Positions 54,572 through 63,398 of a stretch of 64,000 nucleotides of DNA are shown here, one piece after another. The position numbers were made by a program, and so were the translations under genes. The notes below the pieces were generated by a model, which saw only the letters and a program-made list of their open reading frames with translations, was not told the origin of the DNA and searched no databases. This DNA comes from an uncultured Roseivirgaceae bacterium (lineage in GTDB: Bacteria > Bacteroidota > Bacteroidia > Cytophagales > Cyclobacteriaceae): the NCBI GenBank assembly GCA_964591785.1, contig CAZQDI010000002.1, positions 443 to 64,442 of the forward strand, in the 5' to 3' direction. Position 1 is the stretch's first letter, and the number at the start of each line of letters is the position of its first letter.

Positions 54572-55789
54572 TTATCTCATGATGTTTTGCATCCACTTCC
54601 CCCAGCGAATTGATAAGCGGGAGCTTAAATATCCAATGACTAATGCAATCAGTAACCCTTTGACTAAATCAAATCCGGTCGTTTCCATCCATTCTGCGTA
54701 TGCGAAACGATATTGCCAGTCGGGGCTGGAACCAAAATACCAGCTTTCTGTTCCAAAGAACCAATTGCGAGCTGCGTCTGACATGAGGAAGTTGCCAAAA
54801 GGATATTGAAACACCAGCAATGTCACTAAGAATGCTGCGGCATACAACAGCGACGTAAGCCAGGAATTCATACGACGAAAGCGCTGCGTAATCAGGTCGA
54901 TACCGATCGCCGGAAAGATCAGCAACAGCGGAAATTCAAAAGCCTGAAAATTAGTGATGGGATTTAATACCGGACCCAATAAGGGTTCTGCGGGAAATAG
55001 CGGTAGAATCCAAACCATTGCTGCCATAAACACGGTGTAGACAATCGCTGCAAACGTGGCCCCCCACTTGCTTGGCGCTGATACAGACACGGCCACCAGA
55101 AGTAACGGAAAAAGAAAACTAGCTACCTGATAGAATGAAACCCGATGCATGTCATGCCGTCCCAGATACTCTGAGGCAATCGTGAAAAACATGCAAAGGA
55201 CAAAACCGGCAGACAACGCAAAAAATAATCGCAAACGTTTTTCCACCGACGGATTGATTTGATTGGAAAGTTTCATCCTGTTTTTAACAGAAAGAACTGT
55301 AATCATTGCCCCGAACTGGATCGTCACCATGCCCAGCAGGAGAACGGTGTGAGGTGGGGAAAGGATCGTCACATCCAGTCCATAGGTATTGTGCCACCAG
55401 TCATCAAAAGGTGCTGAAGTCAACATAGCGAAGGCGCCCCAGATGCAAAAAAGTGCACCAAGAGAACCTCTGAATATCCCCCAAAATGAAAGACTTTCTT
55501 CTTTTTGCTTTTCGGTGCCAGCAAACGACACTTTCAGTACTCTTACGCCTGAAAAGATTCCGGCAAGCACGCCACCAAAGTAGATGGCAACGTGTGGCGC
55601 TGAAAGGAGTCCATCCCGACCGATGCTGGTGTGCCAGCTGATGTCCCATACCAGGCCTATCATGATGCTAAAAGATGCCAGTACCGTCGCATAGAGGTAA
55701 GTGGGCAATTCGATTGAAGCGACACTAGATTTCGATTGTGCTTTGGACTCATTGACAAAGTCCGAATTGGTTACGGTTAGGCTATCCAT
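54572..55789 (-). CDS. hypothetical polytopic membrane protein with duplicated WH...PH motif
   Basis: 405 aa with about 10 TM helices. WDISWHTSIGRDGLLSAPH (aa 48-66) and FDDWWHNTYGLDVTILSPPH (aa 128-147). The next gene starts 10 nt after its stop. Confidence 0.65.
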   Translation of the reverse strand: MDSLTVTNSDFVNESKAQSKSSVASIELPTYLYATVLASFSIMIGLVWDISWHTSIGRDGLLSAPHVAIYFGGVLAGIFSGVRVLKVSFAGTEKQKEESLSFWGIFRGSLGALFCIWGAFAMLTSAPFDDWWHNTYGLDVTILSPPHTVLLLGMVTIQFGAMITVLSVKNRMKLSNQINPSVEKRLRLFFALSAGFVLCMFFTIASEYLGRHDMHRVSFYQVASFLFPLLLVAVSVSAPSKWGATFAAIVYTVFMAAMVWILPLFPAEPLLGPVLNPITNFQAFEFPLLLIFPAIGIDLITQRFRRMNSWLTSLLYAAAFLVTLLVFQYPFGNFLMSDAARNWFFGTESWYFGSSPDWQYRFAYAEWMETTGFDLVKGLLIALVIGYLSSRLSIRWGKWMQNIMR

Positions 55790-56011
55790 TCAACTAGGAA
55801 ATTGGTTCAGAACCTAAAAGTAAAAAAGTTAAGCGGATTACTAAGTCCGGTGGCACGGCTTCGTCTCGAAAGCAGGTCTTCCCGCATCGATCTTTGAAGC
55901 AAATTTACGTAAGTGGTCAACAGCCGTTCCACACGATTTCAAAGCTTTTCACTTTTGCAATCAGCCTTCGAATATGGAGTAAATGATCACGATCTTGACT
56001 AATTTTTCCAT

Positions 56012-57091
56012 ATGAAATATGTCTTCGCAACGATCATTCTTTTCCTGAGTAGTGATATGGCAGGTCAAAGGCCTACACAAGAACTTATTCCTGAATACTT
56101 ACTGCATGGAAAGTCTGCATCTGAACTGCGCTTAATGCGAAATGAAATATTTGCCAGGTATGGATACATCTTTAAATCTGAAGACCTTGCCAGGCATTTT
56201 TCAAACAAAAAGTGGTATCAGCCGACGGAGTCAAATGTGGATGCGATGCTTACTCCAACAGACAAAAAAAATATCGAACGGATTCTACAATTTGAAAAGC
56301 AGTCTCAACCTACTGTCTTAACCGATCTGTCATTAGAAGATAGTTATATCAGATCTTTCCAAAATGAGAAAACGGGTCATAAAGTCTATAGAATTAAGGA
56401 GGTTACTTATCCCAGGCATGGGCGTTTTGGACGCCTTAAAAAAGTCGTCGAAAAAGTGGATGGTGGCGGAGAAGGCTATCATTCGTTGGTTCACATCGAG
56501 ACCATAGACGAAAGCAACTACTGGGAAACTACCAAGTACTTTAATGACATTATCCTAAAAAACGACTACTATATGGCCATCAACTTTGGATGTTGCGGAG
56601 CTGAGGATTTTGGAAAATTATACAATTATACTCGTGAGGAGGAAATCCTGGCCTTCAACCACAAATACTATCGTATTGATGTGCCAAACTCGCCCATTAA
56701 GCTCTTTCTTGGGTATAGTCATGAAGAATCCGACCATGAGCAGCTTGAGCTTGCCACTCTCAGCTTGGCTACACTGGAAGGGTTAGTTAACAAAGTGAAT
56801 TTTAAATTCGAGAACACGGAGGACAGCGAAGATGTAATCTGGTATTTTTCTCCGGAAATTAACCTTTCATCTCAAAACGAGAAGGATCAGATATTCGATA
56901 ACGGATTGTCCATGCAGCTTTGGTCCAGCAATCATCAAAAAGACATCGATAAAATAACCAGATTCTTTATCACTATCAACTTTCTTGGTGACTCCTCTGG
57001 GAGGAAAGCCACCTATACAATTCCAATAACAAACGGCAGACTCTACGGATCTACATTAGATGAGATTGATATCCAAATCAAACTGGAATAG
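56012..57091 (+). CDS. YARHG domain-containing secreted protein
   Basis: Signal peptide MKYVFATIILFLSSDMAGQ, then a YARHG-type block (LRLMRNEIFARYGYIFKSEDLARHF). The remainder is not recognised. Confidence 0.7.
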   Translation: MKYVFATIILFLSSDMAGQRPTQELIPEYLLHGKSASELRLMRNEIFARYGYIFKSEDLARHFSNKKWYQPTESNVDAMLTPTDKKNIERILQFEKQSQPTVLTDLSLEDSYIRSFQNEKTGHKVYRIKEVTYPRHGRFGRLKKVVEKVDGGGEGYHSLVHIETIDESNYWETTKYFNDIILKNDYYMAINFGCCGAEDFGKLYNYTREEEILAFNHKYYRIDVPNSPIKLFLGYSHEESDHEQLELATLSLATLEGLVNKVNFKFENTEDSEDVIWYFSPEINLSSQNEKDQIFDNGLSMQLWSSNHQKDIDKITRFFITINFLGDSSGRKATYTIPITNGRLYGSTLDEIDIQIKLE

Positions 57092-57187
57092 TCACTATTT
57101 CAAGAACTGGTAGGTCCAGGCCTTTTGTGATATGCTTGAAAAGCAGCACACACCATGTACACGACACTAATAAGGCTTCTTTTTGAA

Positions 57188-59779
57188 CTACTCATTCCTC
57201 AGCGCATGAACCGGATTGCTTAGCGAAGCACGAATGGACTGATAGCTGACCGTCGTCACTGCAATCAAAAGCGCCAGAAGTGCAGAACCCACAAATACCC
57301 AAACGGAAAGATCGATGCGATAAGCAAACCCTTCCAGCCATGAGTCCATCGCGACCCAACTAATAGGGATGGCGACAACCAGTGAGATGATCACCAATCG
57401 GATGAAATCACTGGTCAAAAGCACAAAAACAGTAGAAATGGAAGCTCCAAGTACTTTTCGAATCCCAATTTCTTTGGTTCGTTGTTCAGTCGCATAAGAA
57501 ACCAGCCCAAATAGACCGAGACATGAGATGATGATGGCAAGTATGGCAAAATAGGTGGACAGTGTGCCGGTTCGTTCTTCCGCTTCGTAGAGCTCGTTAA
57601 AATCGGTATCCAGGAAATAGCTATTGAACTCTTGGTTGGGGAAAAACTGTTCCCAGACACTGGCTATTTTTTTAGTAATCACAGCCTCTTCCATGGGATC
57701 GTAGCGTACAAATACCCGGCTTAGTTCGTTTAATTTGAAGATGATGATCGGTTCAATCTCAGAATGTATCGACTTAAAATTGAAGTCATCTACAACCCCA
57801 ACAATTCTGCGCTCACCACCACCCGCAGTAATGGTCTGACCCACTGCATCTTTCAATCCCATCAGTTCTCGGGCACGCTCATTGATAATCAGCGTAGCCG
57901 AGTCCGTTCCCAGAAAATGCCTTCCTTGTGTGATCCTCATTCCCATGGTTGGCAAATAATGCTCATCCACTCCCATGTAGTGTAGTAGAATCGTCTCGTC
58001 AGGATTTTTTCCAGGCCAATCAAAGCCATATGAACTGGAAAATATCCGTGCAGGGTGATGATTGGACTGACCAACACTTTCAATGCCGGTGACTGTTCTC
58101 AACTCTTCGGCAAAGACCTTCGCCTGTTCGTAGGGAGGAAACAGGTAAAGGAGATTGCTGCGATTGTAACCAAGGTCAACTTCTTGAATGAATTGAAATT
58201 GCCGGTAGATGACCACAGTTCCCACCATGAGTATGATCGATATCGAAAACTGAACAATGACTAACAGTTTTCTCAGGAAGTTGCCTCTTACTGAAGAGCT
58301 GTGGGAATTCAGAGTCTGTATTGGAGGAATCGAACTCAAGACCATTGCTGGATAACTGCCTGAAATCAATCCGGTCAGCAAAGCCGTACCCAACATCGTA
58401 AACACCAACTTCAACCCAAATTCTGACTCAAAGAAGATCCAAAGATTAAACTCTTTACTGGTTACTTCATTGAAGAAAGGCAACAACAGTGCAACCAGGA
58501 ACATTGCAAGCACTACAGAAAGGATTGCCAATAGTACCGATTCACTTAAAAATTGAACAATCAATTGCCCTTTACTCGCTCCGACGGTTTTTCTCAATCC
58601 AACCTCTTTTGCTCGTTTAGAAGCTCGGGCTGTGGAAAGGTTCATGAAATTGATGCAGGAAATGAGCAGAATAAAAACTGCCACAATGGAGAAGATCCGC
58701 ACATAAAGCATCTCTCCTTTCCGAGAGATTTCCGCTGTAAAATCAACTTCTCCCAGATACACATCCAGAAATGGCTGCAAATAAAGGTCGATAACTGAAT
58801 TTTCGAAACGGGCTTTAATATGTCCCTGAACCTTCTCATTGACTTCTTCAAGACTGGCACCAGGTGTCAACTGCACGTACGTGTAGAGCCAGTTGGATTC
58901 CCAGCTACTCGCACGGCTCGTGTCGCCTGCAAGATAACTTTCGAAATTTGTCAGATATTGAAAATCCAGATGAGAGTTGGTTGGGACATCTTGCAGGACG
59001 GCCAATACTTCATACTGACGTTCATTCAGCGTCATGTACTTCCCAATGGGTTCTTCATCAGGAAAATACTTGGCTGCCATCCCTTCCGTTAACACCAAGG
59101 CATCTAACCTCTCCTGAAATGAATTGAGACTTCCTCTGGTGAGTGGGAATGAAAACATACTGAAAAAATGATGATCGACCATCATCCCTTTGTCTTCCAC
59201 CAATTCCTGGTCGCCTACCTTAAATCGGTAGACTTCTGAAATAGTCCGGGTGGTCTTGATGATTTCTGGGTACTCACTTTCTAAGGAAGGAGCAAGTGCA
59301 GTCGGTGTTACCGCCACAGGAAAGACAGGCTGGCCAGCATAGTATTGGTTTTCCACTACACGGTAGAGGTGGTTCTTATTTTCGTGAAACTGATCAAAAC
59401 CAAGCTCATCATTGACAAAAAGCCCAATTAAGAAGACAATGGTGAGGCCGATTGTTAGGCCGATAATGTTTAATGAAGCGTAGGATCGATGCTTCCAGAA
59501 GTTTCGAACGGCAAGTTTGAAGTGATTTGCAATCATGGTAGTCCTGGATTTATACATGGGTTTTTGACTTTTAGAGGATTCTCGAGCAGTGTATATTAAT
59601 GGACCGAATTCCGAGACCGCTTGTTCAAAAGCCACAAATGGTGTGTAACCCTCAGCAATTAGATCGTCGATATAATCACGCACATGAACTTCCATTTCCT
59701 TCACCGCGCCATCGTTAAACTCCTTATGTTTTCGGAATTCCTTCAGCCACTTCTGAATTGCCTTCTCCAAATCAAACAT
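57188..59779 (-). CDS. duplicated FtsX-family (MacB-like, ADOP-type) orphan permease with N-terminal prefix domain
   Basis: 863 aa. The N-terminal ~85 aa soluble helix bundle (MFDLEKAIQKWLKEFRKH...) precedes TM1. Loop motifs RAKEVGLRKTVGA and RTKEIGIRKVLGAS. C-terminus SLSNPVHALRNE. Confidence 0.85.
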   Translation of the reverse strand: MFDLEKAIQKWLKEFRKHKEFNDGAVKEMEVHVRDYIDDLIAEGYTPFVAFEQAVSEFGPLIYTARESSKSQKPMYKSRTTMIANHFKLAVRNFWKHRSYASLNIIGLTIGLTIVFLIGLFVNDELGFDQFHENKNHLYRVVENQYYAGQPVFPVAVTPTALAPSLESEYPEIIKTTRTISEVYRFKVGDQELVEDKGMMVDHHFFSMFSFPLTRGSLNSFQERLDALVLTEGMAAKYFPDEEPIGKYMTLNERQYEVLAVLQDVPTNSHLDFQYLTNFESYLAGDTSRASSWESNWLYTYVQLTPGASLEEVNEKVQGHIKARFENSVIDLYLQPFLDVYLGEVDFTAEISRKGEMLYVRIFSIVAVFILLISCINFMNLSTARASKRAKEVGLRKTVGASKGQLIVQFLSESVLLAILSVVLAMFLVALLLPFFNEVTSKEFNLWIFFESEFGLKLVFTMLGTALLTGLISGSYPAMVLSSIPPIQTLNSHSSSVRGNFLRKLLVIVQFSISIILMVGTVVIYRQFQFIQEVDLGYNRSNLLYLFPPYEQAKVFAEELRTVTGIESVGQSNHHPARIFSSSYGFDWPGKNPDETILLHYMGVDEHYLPTMGMRITQGRHFLGTDSATLIINERARELMGLKDAVGQTITAGGGERRIVGVVDDFNFKSIHSEIEPIIIFKLNELSRVFVRYDPMEEAVITKKIASVWEQFFPNQEFNSYFLDTDFNELYEAEERTGTLSTYFAILAIIISCLGLFGLVSYATEQRTKEIGIRKVLGASISTVFVLLTSDFIRLVIISLVVAIPISWVAMDSWLEGFAYRIDLSVWVFVGSALLALLIAVTTVSYQSIRASLSNPVHALRNE

Positions 59780-60122
59780 GACCTAAATTCTTGATGCCCG
59801 GATTTCCCCATAATTGATTCAAGACCTCAGTCACCTCAACCCATTGTTGTCTTTCTGCAAGTAGCGCTTCTTTACCCTCTTCTGTGATTTCATAGTACTT
59901 TCTTGGACGAGTATCGTCGGACACATTCCAGCTAGATCGAATCAACCCTTCCTTTTCCAATCGATGCAGAACAGGATACAACATCCCATCATACCATTGA
60001 AGCTTGCCTCCGGATAATTCCTTGATTTTCTTAATAATTAAATATCCGTAACTACTGCCTTGCTTTAATATTCCCAGGATAATTGGTTTGGTAGATGCGG
60101 CCGTTAAATTTTTAGAGATCAT
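59772..60122 (-). CDS. PadR family transcriptional regulator
   Basis: 116 aa with YGYLIIKKIKELSGGKLQWYDGMLYPVLHRLEKEGLIRSSW. There is an 8-nt overlap with the permease start. Confidence 0.9.
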   Translation of the reverse strand: MISKNLTAASTKPIILGILKQGSSYGYLIIKKIKELSGGKLQWYDGMLYPVLHRLEKEGLIRSSWNVSDDTRPRKYYEITEEGKEALLAERQQWVEVTEVLNQLWGNPGIKNLGHV

Positions 60123-60147
60123 TTACGTAATTGATTTAGGAATTCAA

Positions 60148-60170
60148 TATACATTGCATTTCAATGTATA
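60148..60170. promoter_or_regulatory. perfect 9-bp inverted repeat upstream of PadR (candidate PadR operator)
   Basis: TATACATTG (60148-60156), spacer cattt, then CAATGTATA (60162-60170). It lies 26-48 nt upstream of the PadR ATG (60122) and contains ACAT/ATGT half-site tetramers. Confidence 0.5.
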
Positions 60171-60260
60171 AAGAAAACGAAAATCACCCCTCTTGGTTTG
60201 AAAAATGATTTTTTATTTTCTAAATGTCCTCTTGAAATATAGATTCGGGAATGAAATGTC

Positions 60261-63200
60261 TTATTTTCTTCCGCCTAAAGACATTCTGGAATGGTTACTT
60301 CTTTCCAGGTCATATTTGCCAGACAAAGGCTTCCTTCCGTACAGCTCATCCAGCTCATCCGTGCTCGGATAAGGCGCTCTCATGGTCATACTATGCGCGA
60401 CCTTCATGTTATTCCAGACATCATGATTGGGTTGATCCGTTTCGCTATACCTCGGATCTGAGACCATCGGAAGGCGTTCCATTTTACTAATCTCGATACT
60501 AGGAAAATCGTAGTCTACAACCACCTTTCCTAACAGCAAATAGCACCCTAACCCTTTAAACGGGTAGTTTCGTAAAGTGGGTGGAAAATGAGTGGTATCA
60601 AAATACCCTCCCTCTTTATCGATCCAGGTACCAAAGTTCATTTTGACCTTTCCATCTTTTCTCTGAATTGGAACATCTTTAATGGATACCAGGTAGCCAA
60701 CCATTCTGACCTCTTTATCTACATGATGCAAAAGATCCTTAACCAGTACATCACCACGAAATGATGTTTTCAACAGATTAAATGGAGACATGGTTACGGG
60801 ATAGCCCAACCCTTCCAGTTCGTCAAATGCATCAGCAATGGGATCATGCTCAATCTGGGGAAAAGAAAAATTCTTGGTGGGAACAGTAAAAAGTTGATCT
60901 GAAGAGGGTTCTTTGGGTTGATGATTGAAGTATTTCTTTGCTTCGACAATTAGGTGACCCTTTGCTTGGTTAAACTTGCGGAAAGCTCCCACATATATTA
61001 GGTGGGTAGTTTCATCATAAGTAATTCCGGTACGTTTTAAAAAGGAAATTAAATCACCGTACAGACCATTTTTTTCCTTTTCTTCCGGAATCTTCTCCTG
61101 CATTTTTCGAGTTAAATGGATCACCTGACTCAATCCTAAATAAATCGTCTCCCCTTTGAGGCAGGTGAGTGATTGACTGTGATTGACATCCGGAGCTTCT
61201 ATCGTAGCTCCCAACATCCGGGCTTCATTAATGTAAACCTCCGGTCGATAAAAACCGCCATTGTTATTGATGACTCCCGTAATGAATTCCAACGGATAAT
61301 ACGACTTAAGGAATAAGCTTTGATAGCTCTCAACCGCATACGAAGCACTGTGGCTTTTGCAAAAGCTATAGCCAGCAAACGAAGCAATCTGCCGGTATAC
61401 TTCGTTGGTCAATTCATCAGGATATCCAAGCTTCTTGCAATTTTCAAAATAAAGATTTTTGATTCGTTCAATTTCTTTTTTTGACCGTGACTTCCCTGAC
61501 ATCCCCCTTCGCAAAACATCTGCCTCATCCAATCCCATTTTAGCAAAATGATGAGCAATCTTAATAACATCTTCCTGATAGACCATCACCCCATAGGTAT
61601 CTTTCAACTGCTCCTCAAAGATTCGATGAAAGTATTTGATGCGCGAAGGATCACGGTGTCGTTCGACGTATTCTCTCATCATACCGGATTGGGCAACTCC
61701 CGGTCTAATGATTGAACTGGCTGCGACTAACGTCTCATAAGAGTCACATTTTAATCTTCTAAGCAAACCCCGCATGGCCGGACTTTCGATATAAAAGCAA
61801 CCAAGTGTTTTACCCTTCGCAAGCATTTCATTGCACCTGGGATCTTTCTTGAAAGTGTCCGTGTCATGAATATCAAGTTTGATGCCCCGGTTATCCTCCA
61901 CCATTTGAACGGCGTCTTTAATATGGCCCAAACCCCGTTGGCTAAGAATATCTAGTTTTTCCAGATGAATATCTTCTGCTATGTACATATCGATCTCACA
62001 GGTAGGCACACCTTTCTGATACACATTCATCGCTGAATAAGTGGCAATGGGTTGCTCGCTAATAAAAATACCACAAGCATGCATTGAGTATTGGTTGGGG
62101 AATCCTTCCAGCATGGACCCGAATTGATGGATTTTACGAGTGATATCATGAGTCTCTTGCGCTGAAAAAGGCGTCCGGGATAAACGATCTAATTCTTCTT
62201 TCGGTAGTCCATACACTTTACCCAACTCCCGAACTACGGATCGGAATTTAAAATCAGAAACTGTTCCACAAAACCCGGTATAGTCCCTTCCGAAGCGTTT
62301 GAATATATATGCAATGATATCATCTCGATCTTGCCAGCTCCAATCGATGTCAAAGTCGGGAGGACTCGAGCGTTTGGTGTTGAGAAAACGCGAAAAGTAA
62401 AGGTCTAACTCAATGGGGTCAACTTCTGTGATTTTTAAACAATAGGCTACCAGGGAGTTGGCACCGGACCCCCTTCCAACATGAAAATAACCATGATTCA
62501 AACTGTGCCTTACAATATCCCAGGTGGTAAGGAAATAGCACCCGAATTGAAGTTTATGAATGACTTCGAGCTCTTCATACAATCTTGCTAAGGCTACTTT
62601 ATTACTCGCCTGGTATCGCTTTTTAAACCCTTCTAGTGCTAAAGATTCCAATAAAACTTTATCCTCGTAAAGGCTTCCGGTAAAGTAACGTTTGTTTTTG
62701 GGCTCTTCAAAGTTGAATTCAAATTCACACTGGTCGGCAATGCGGTGAGTATTGACAAGAACCTCCGGATAGTTTTGTAAGAATCGCTCAATCCTTCCCT
62801 TGGAAACCATGATTTCAGATGGATCAGCGGTCTGGTCGTGCTGAAGGTAAGTTAATAAAATATTATGGTCAATGCATCGTAGCAACCGATGGAGTTCGTA
62901 CTCAACGTTGTTCCGATGGGTAACCGGAAGCAGACATACTAATTTATCTTTTCGTCTCAGTAAAGGGTTTTTGTATTGTTTGAACTCCGAAGCCCTTACT
63001 CCAATAAATTCATGTGGCTGTAATATCTCAGGAATATTAGTACTGGGGTAAATGACGAATACCTGCTGAAAATAAGGAGATTGCCAAGGTAGTGGCATCT
63101 CTCCCAAATTGGTTTTTGTCAATAATTCGTTCAGCTCACGTAGTCCACTCAGATTTTTTGCGAGTCCGATATAGAGCAGCTTCCCTTCCTTTCTGAACTC

Positions 63201-63386
63201 ACAGCCTACAATTGGCTTAATATGGGCCTCCTTACAAGCTTTCACAAAATCAAAAACCCCAGTGGTACAGTTTATATCTGTAAGCGCTAAATACTCAAGG
63301 TTGCACTTTTTCGCTTCCAACACCAGTTCTTCCACTGGCAGGGTACCATAACGGAGTGAATAATACGAGTGGCAATTCAAATACAT
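60261..63386 (-). CDS. dnaE2: error-prone DNA polymerase DnaE2 (Pol III alpha family)
   Basis: 1041 aa with an N-terminal PHP pattern MYLNCHSYYSLRYGT. Pol III alpha core blocks (GRGSGANSLVAYCLKITEVDP, IIRPGVAQSGMMREYV, FAGYSFCKSHSASYA). It starts 12 nt downstream of a Y-family polymerase gene. Confidence 0.9.
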   Translation of the reverse strand: MYLNCHSYYSLRYGTLPVEELVLEAKKCNLEYLALTDINCTTGVFDFVKACKEAHIKPIVGCEFRKEGKLLYIGLAKNLSGLRELNELLTKTNLGEMPLPWQSPYFQQVFVIYPSTNIPEILQPHEFIGVRASEFKQYKNPLLRRKDKLVCLLPVTHRNNVEYELHRLLRCIDHNILLTYLQHDQTADPSEIMVSKGRIERFLQNYPEVLVNTHRIADQCEFEFNFEEPKNKRYFTGSLYEDKVLLESLALEGFKKRYQASNKVALARLYEELEVIHKLQFGCYFLTTWDIVRHSLNHGYFHVGRGSGANSLVAYCLKITEVDPIELDLYFSRFLNTKRSSPPDFDIDWSWQDRDDIIAYIFKRFGRDYTGFCGTVSDFKFRSVVRELGKVYGLPKEELDRLSRTPFSAQETHDITRKIHQFGSMLEGFPNQYSMHACGIFISEQPIATYSAMNVYQKGVPTCEIDMYIAEDIHLEKLDILSQRGLGHIKDAVQMVEDNRGIKLDIHDTDTFKKDPRCNEMLAKGKTLGCFYIESPAMRGLLRRLKCDSYETLVAASSIIRPGVAQSGMMREYVERHRDPSRIKYFHRIFEEQLKDTYGVMVYQEDVIKIAHHFAKMGLDEADVLRRGMSGKSRSKKEIERIKNLYFENCKKLGYPDELTNEVYRQIASFAGYSFCKSHSASYAVESYQSLFLKSYYPLEFITGVINNNGGFYRPEVYINEARMLGATIEAPDVNHSQSLTCLKGETIYLGLSQVIHLTRKMQEKIPEEKEKNGLYGDLISFLKRTGITYDETTHLIYVGAFRKFNQAKGHLIVEAKKYFNHQPKEPSSDQLFTVPTKNFSFPQIEHDPIADAFDELEGLGYPVTMSPFNLLKTSFRGDVLVKDLLHHVDKEVRMVGYLVSIKDVPIQRKDGKVKMNFGTWIDKEGGYFDTTHFPPTLRNYPFKGLGCYLLLGKVVVDYDFPSIEISKMERLPMVSDPRYSETDQPNHDVWNNMKVAHSMTMRAPYPSTDELDELYGRKPLSGKYDLERSNHSRMSLGGRK

Positions 63387-63398
63387 GTGATGGACCCA

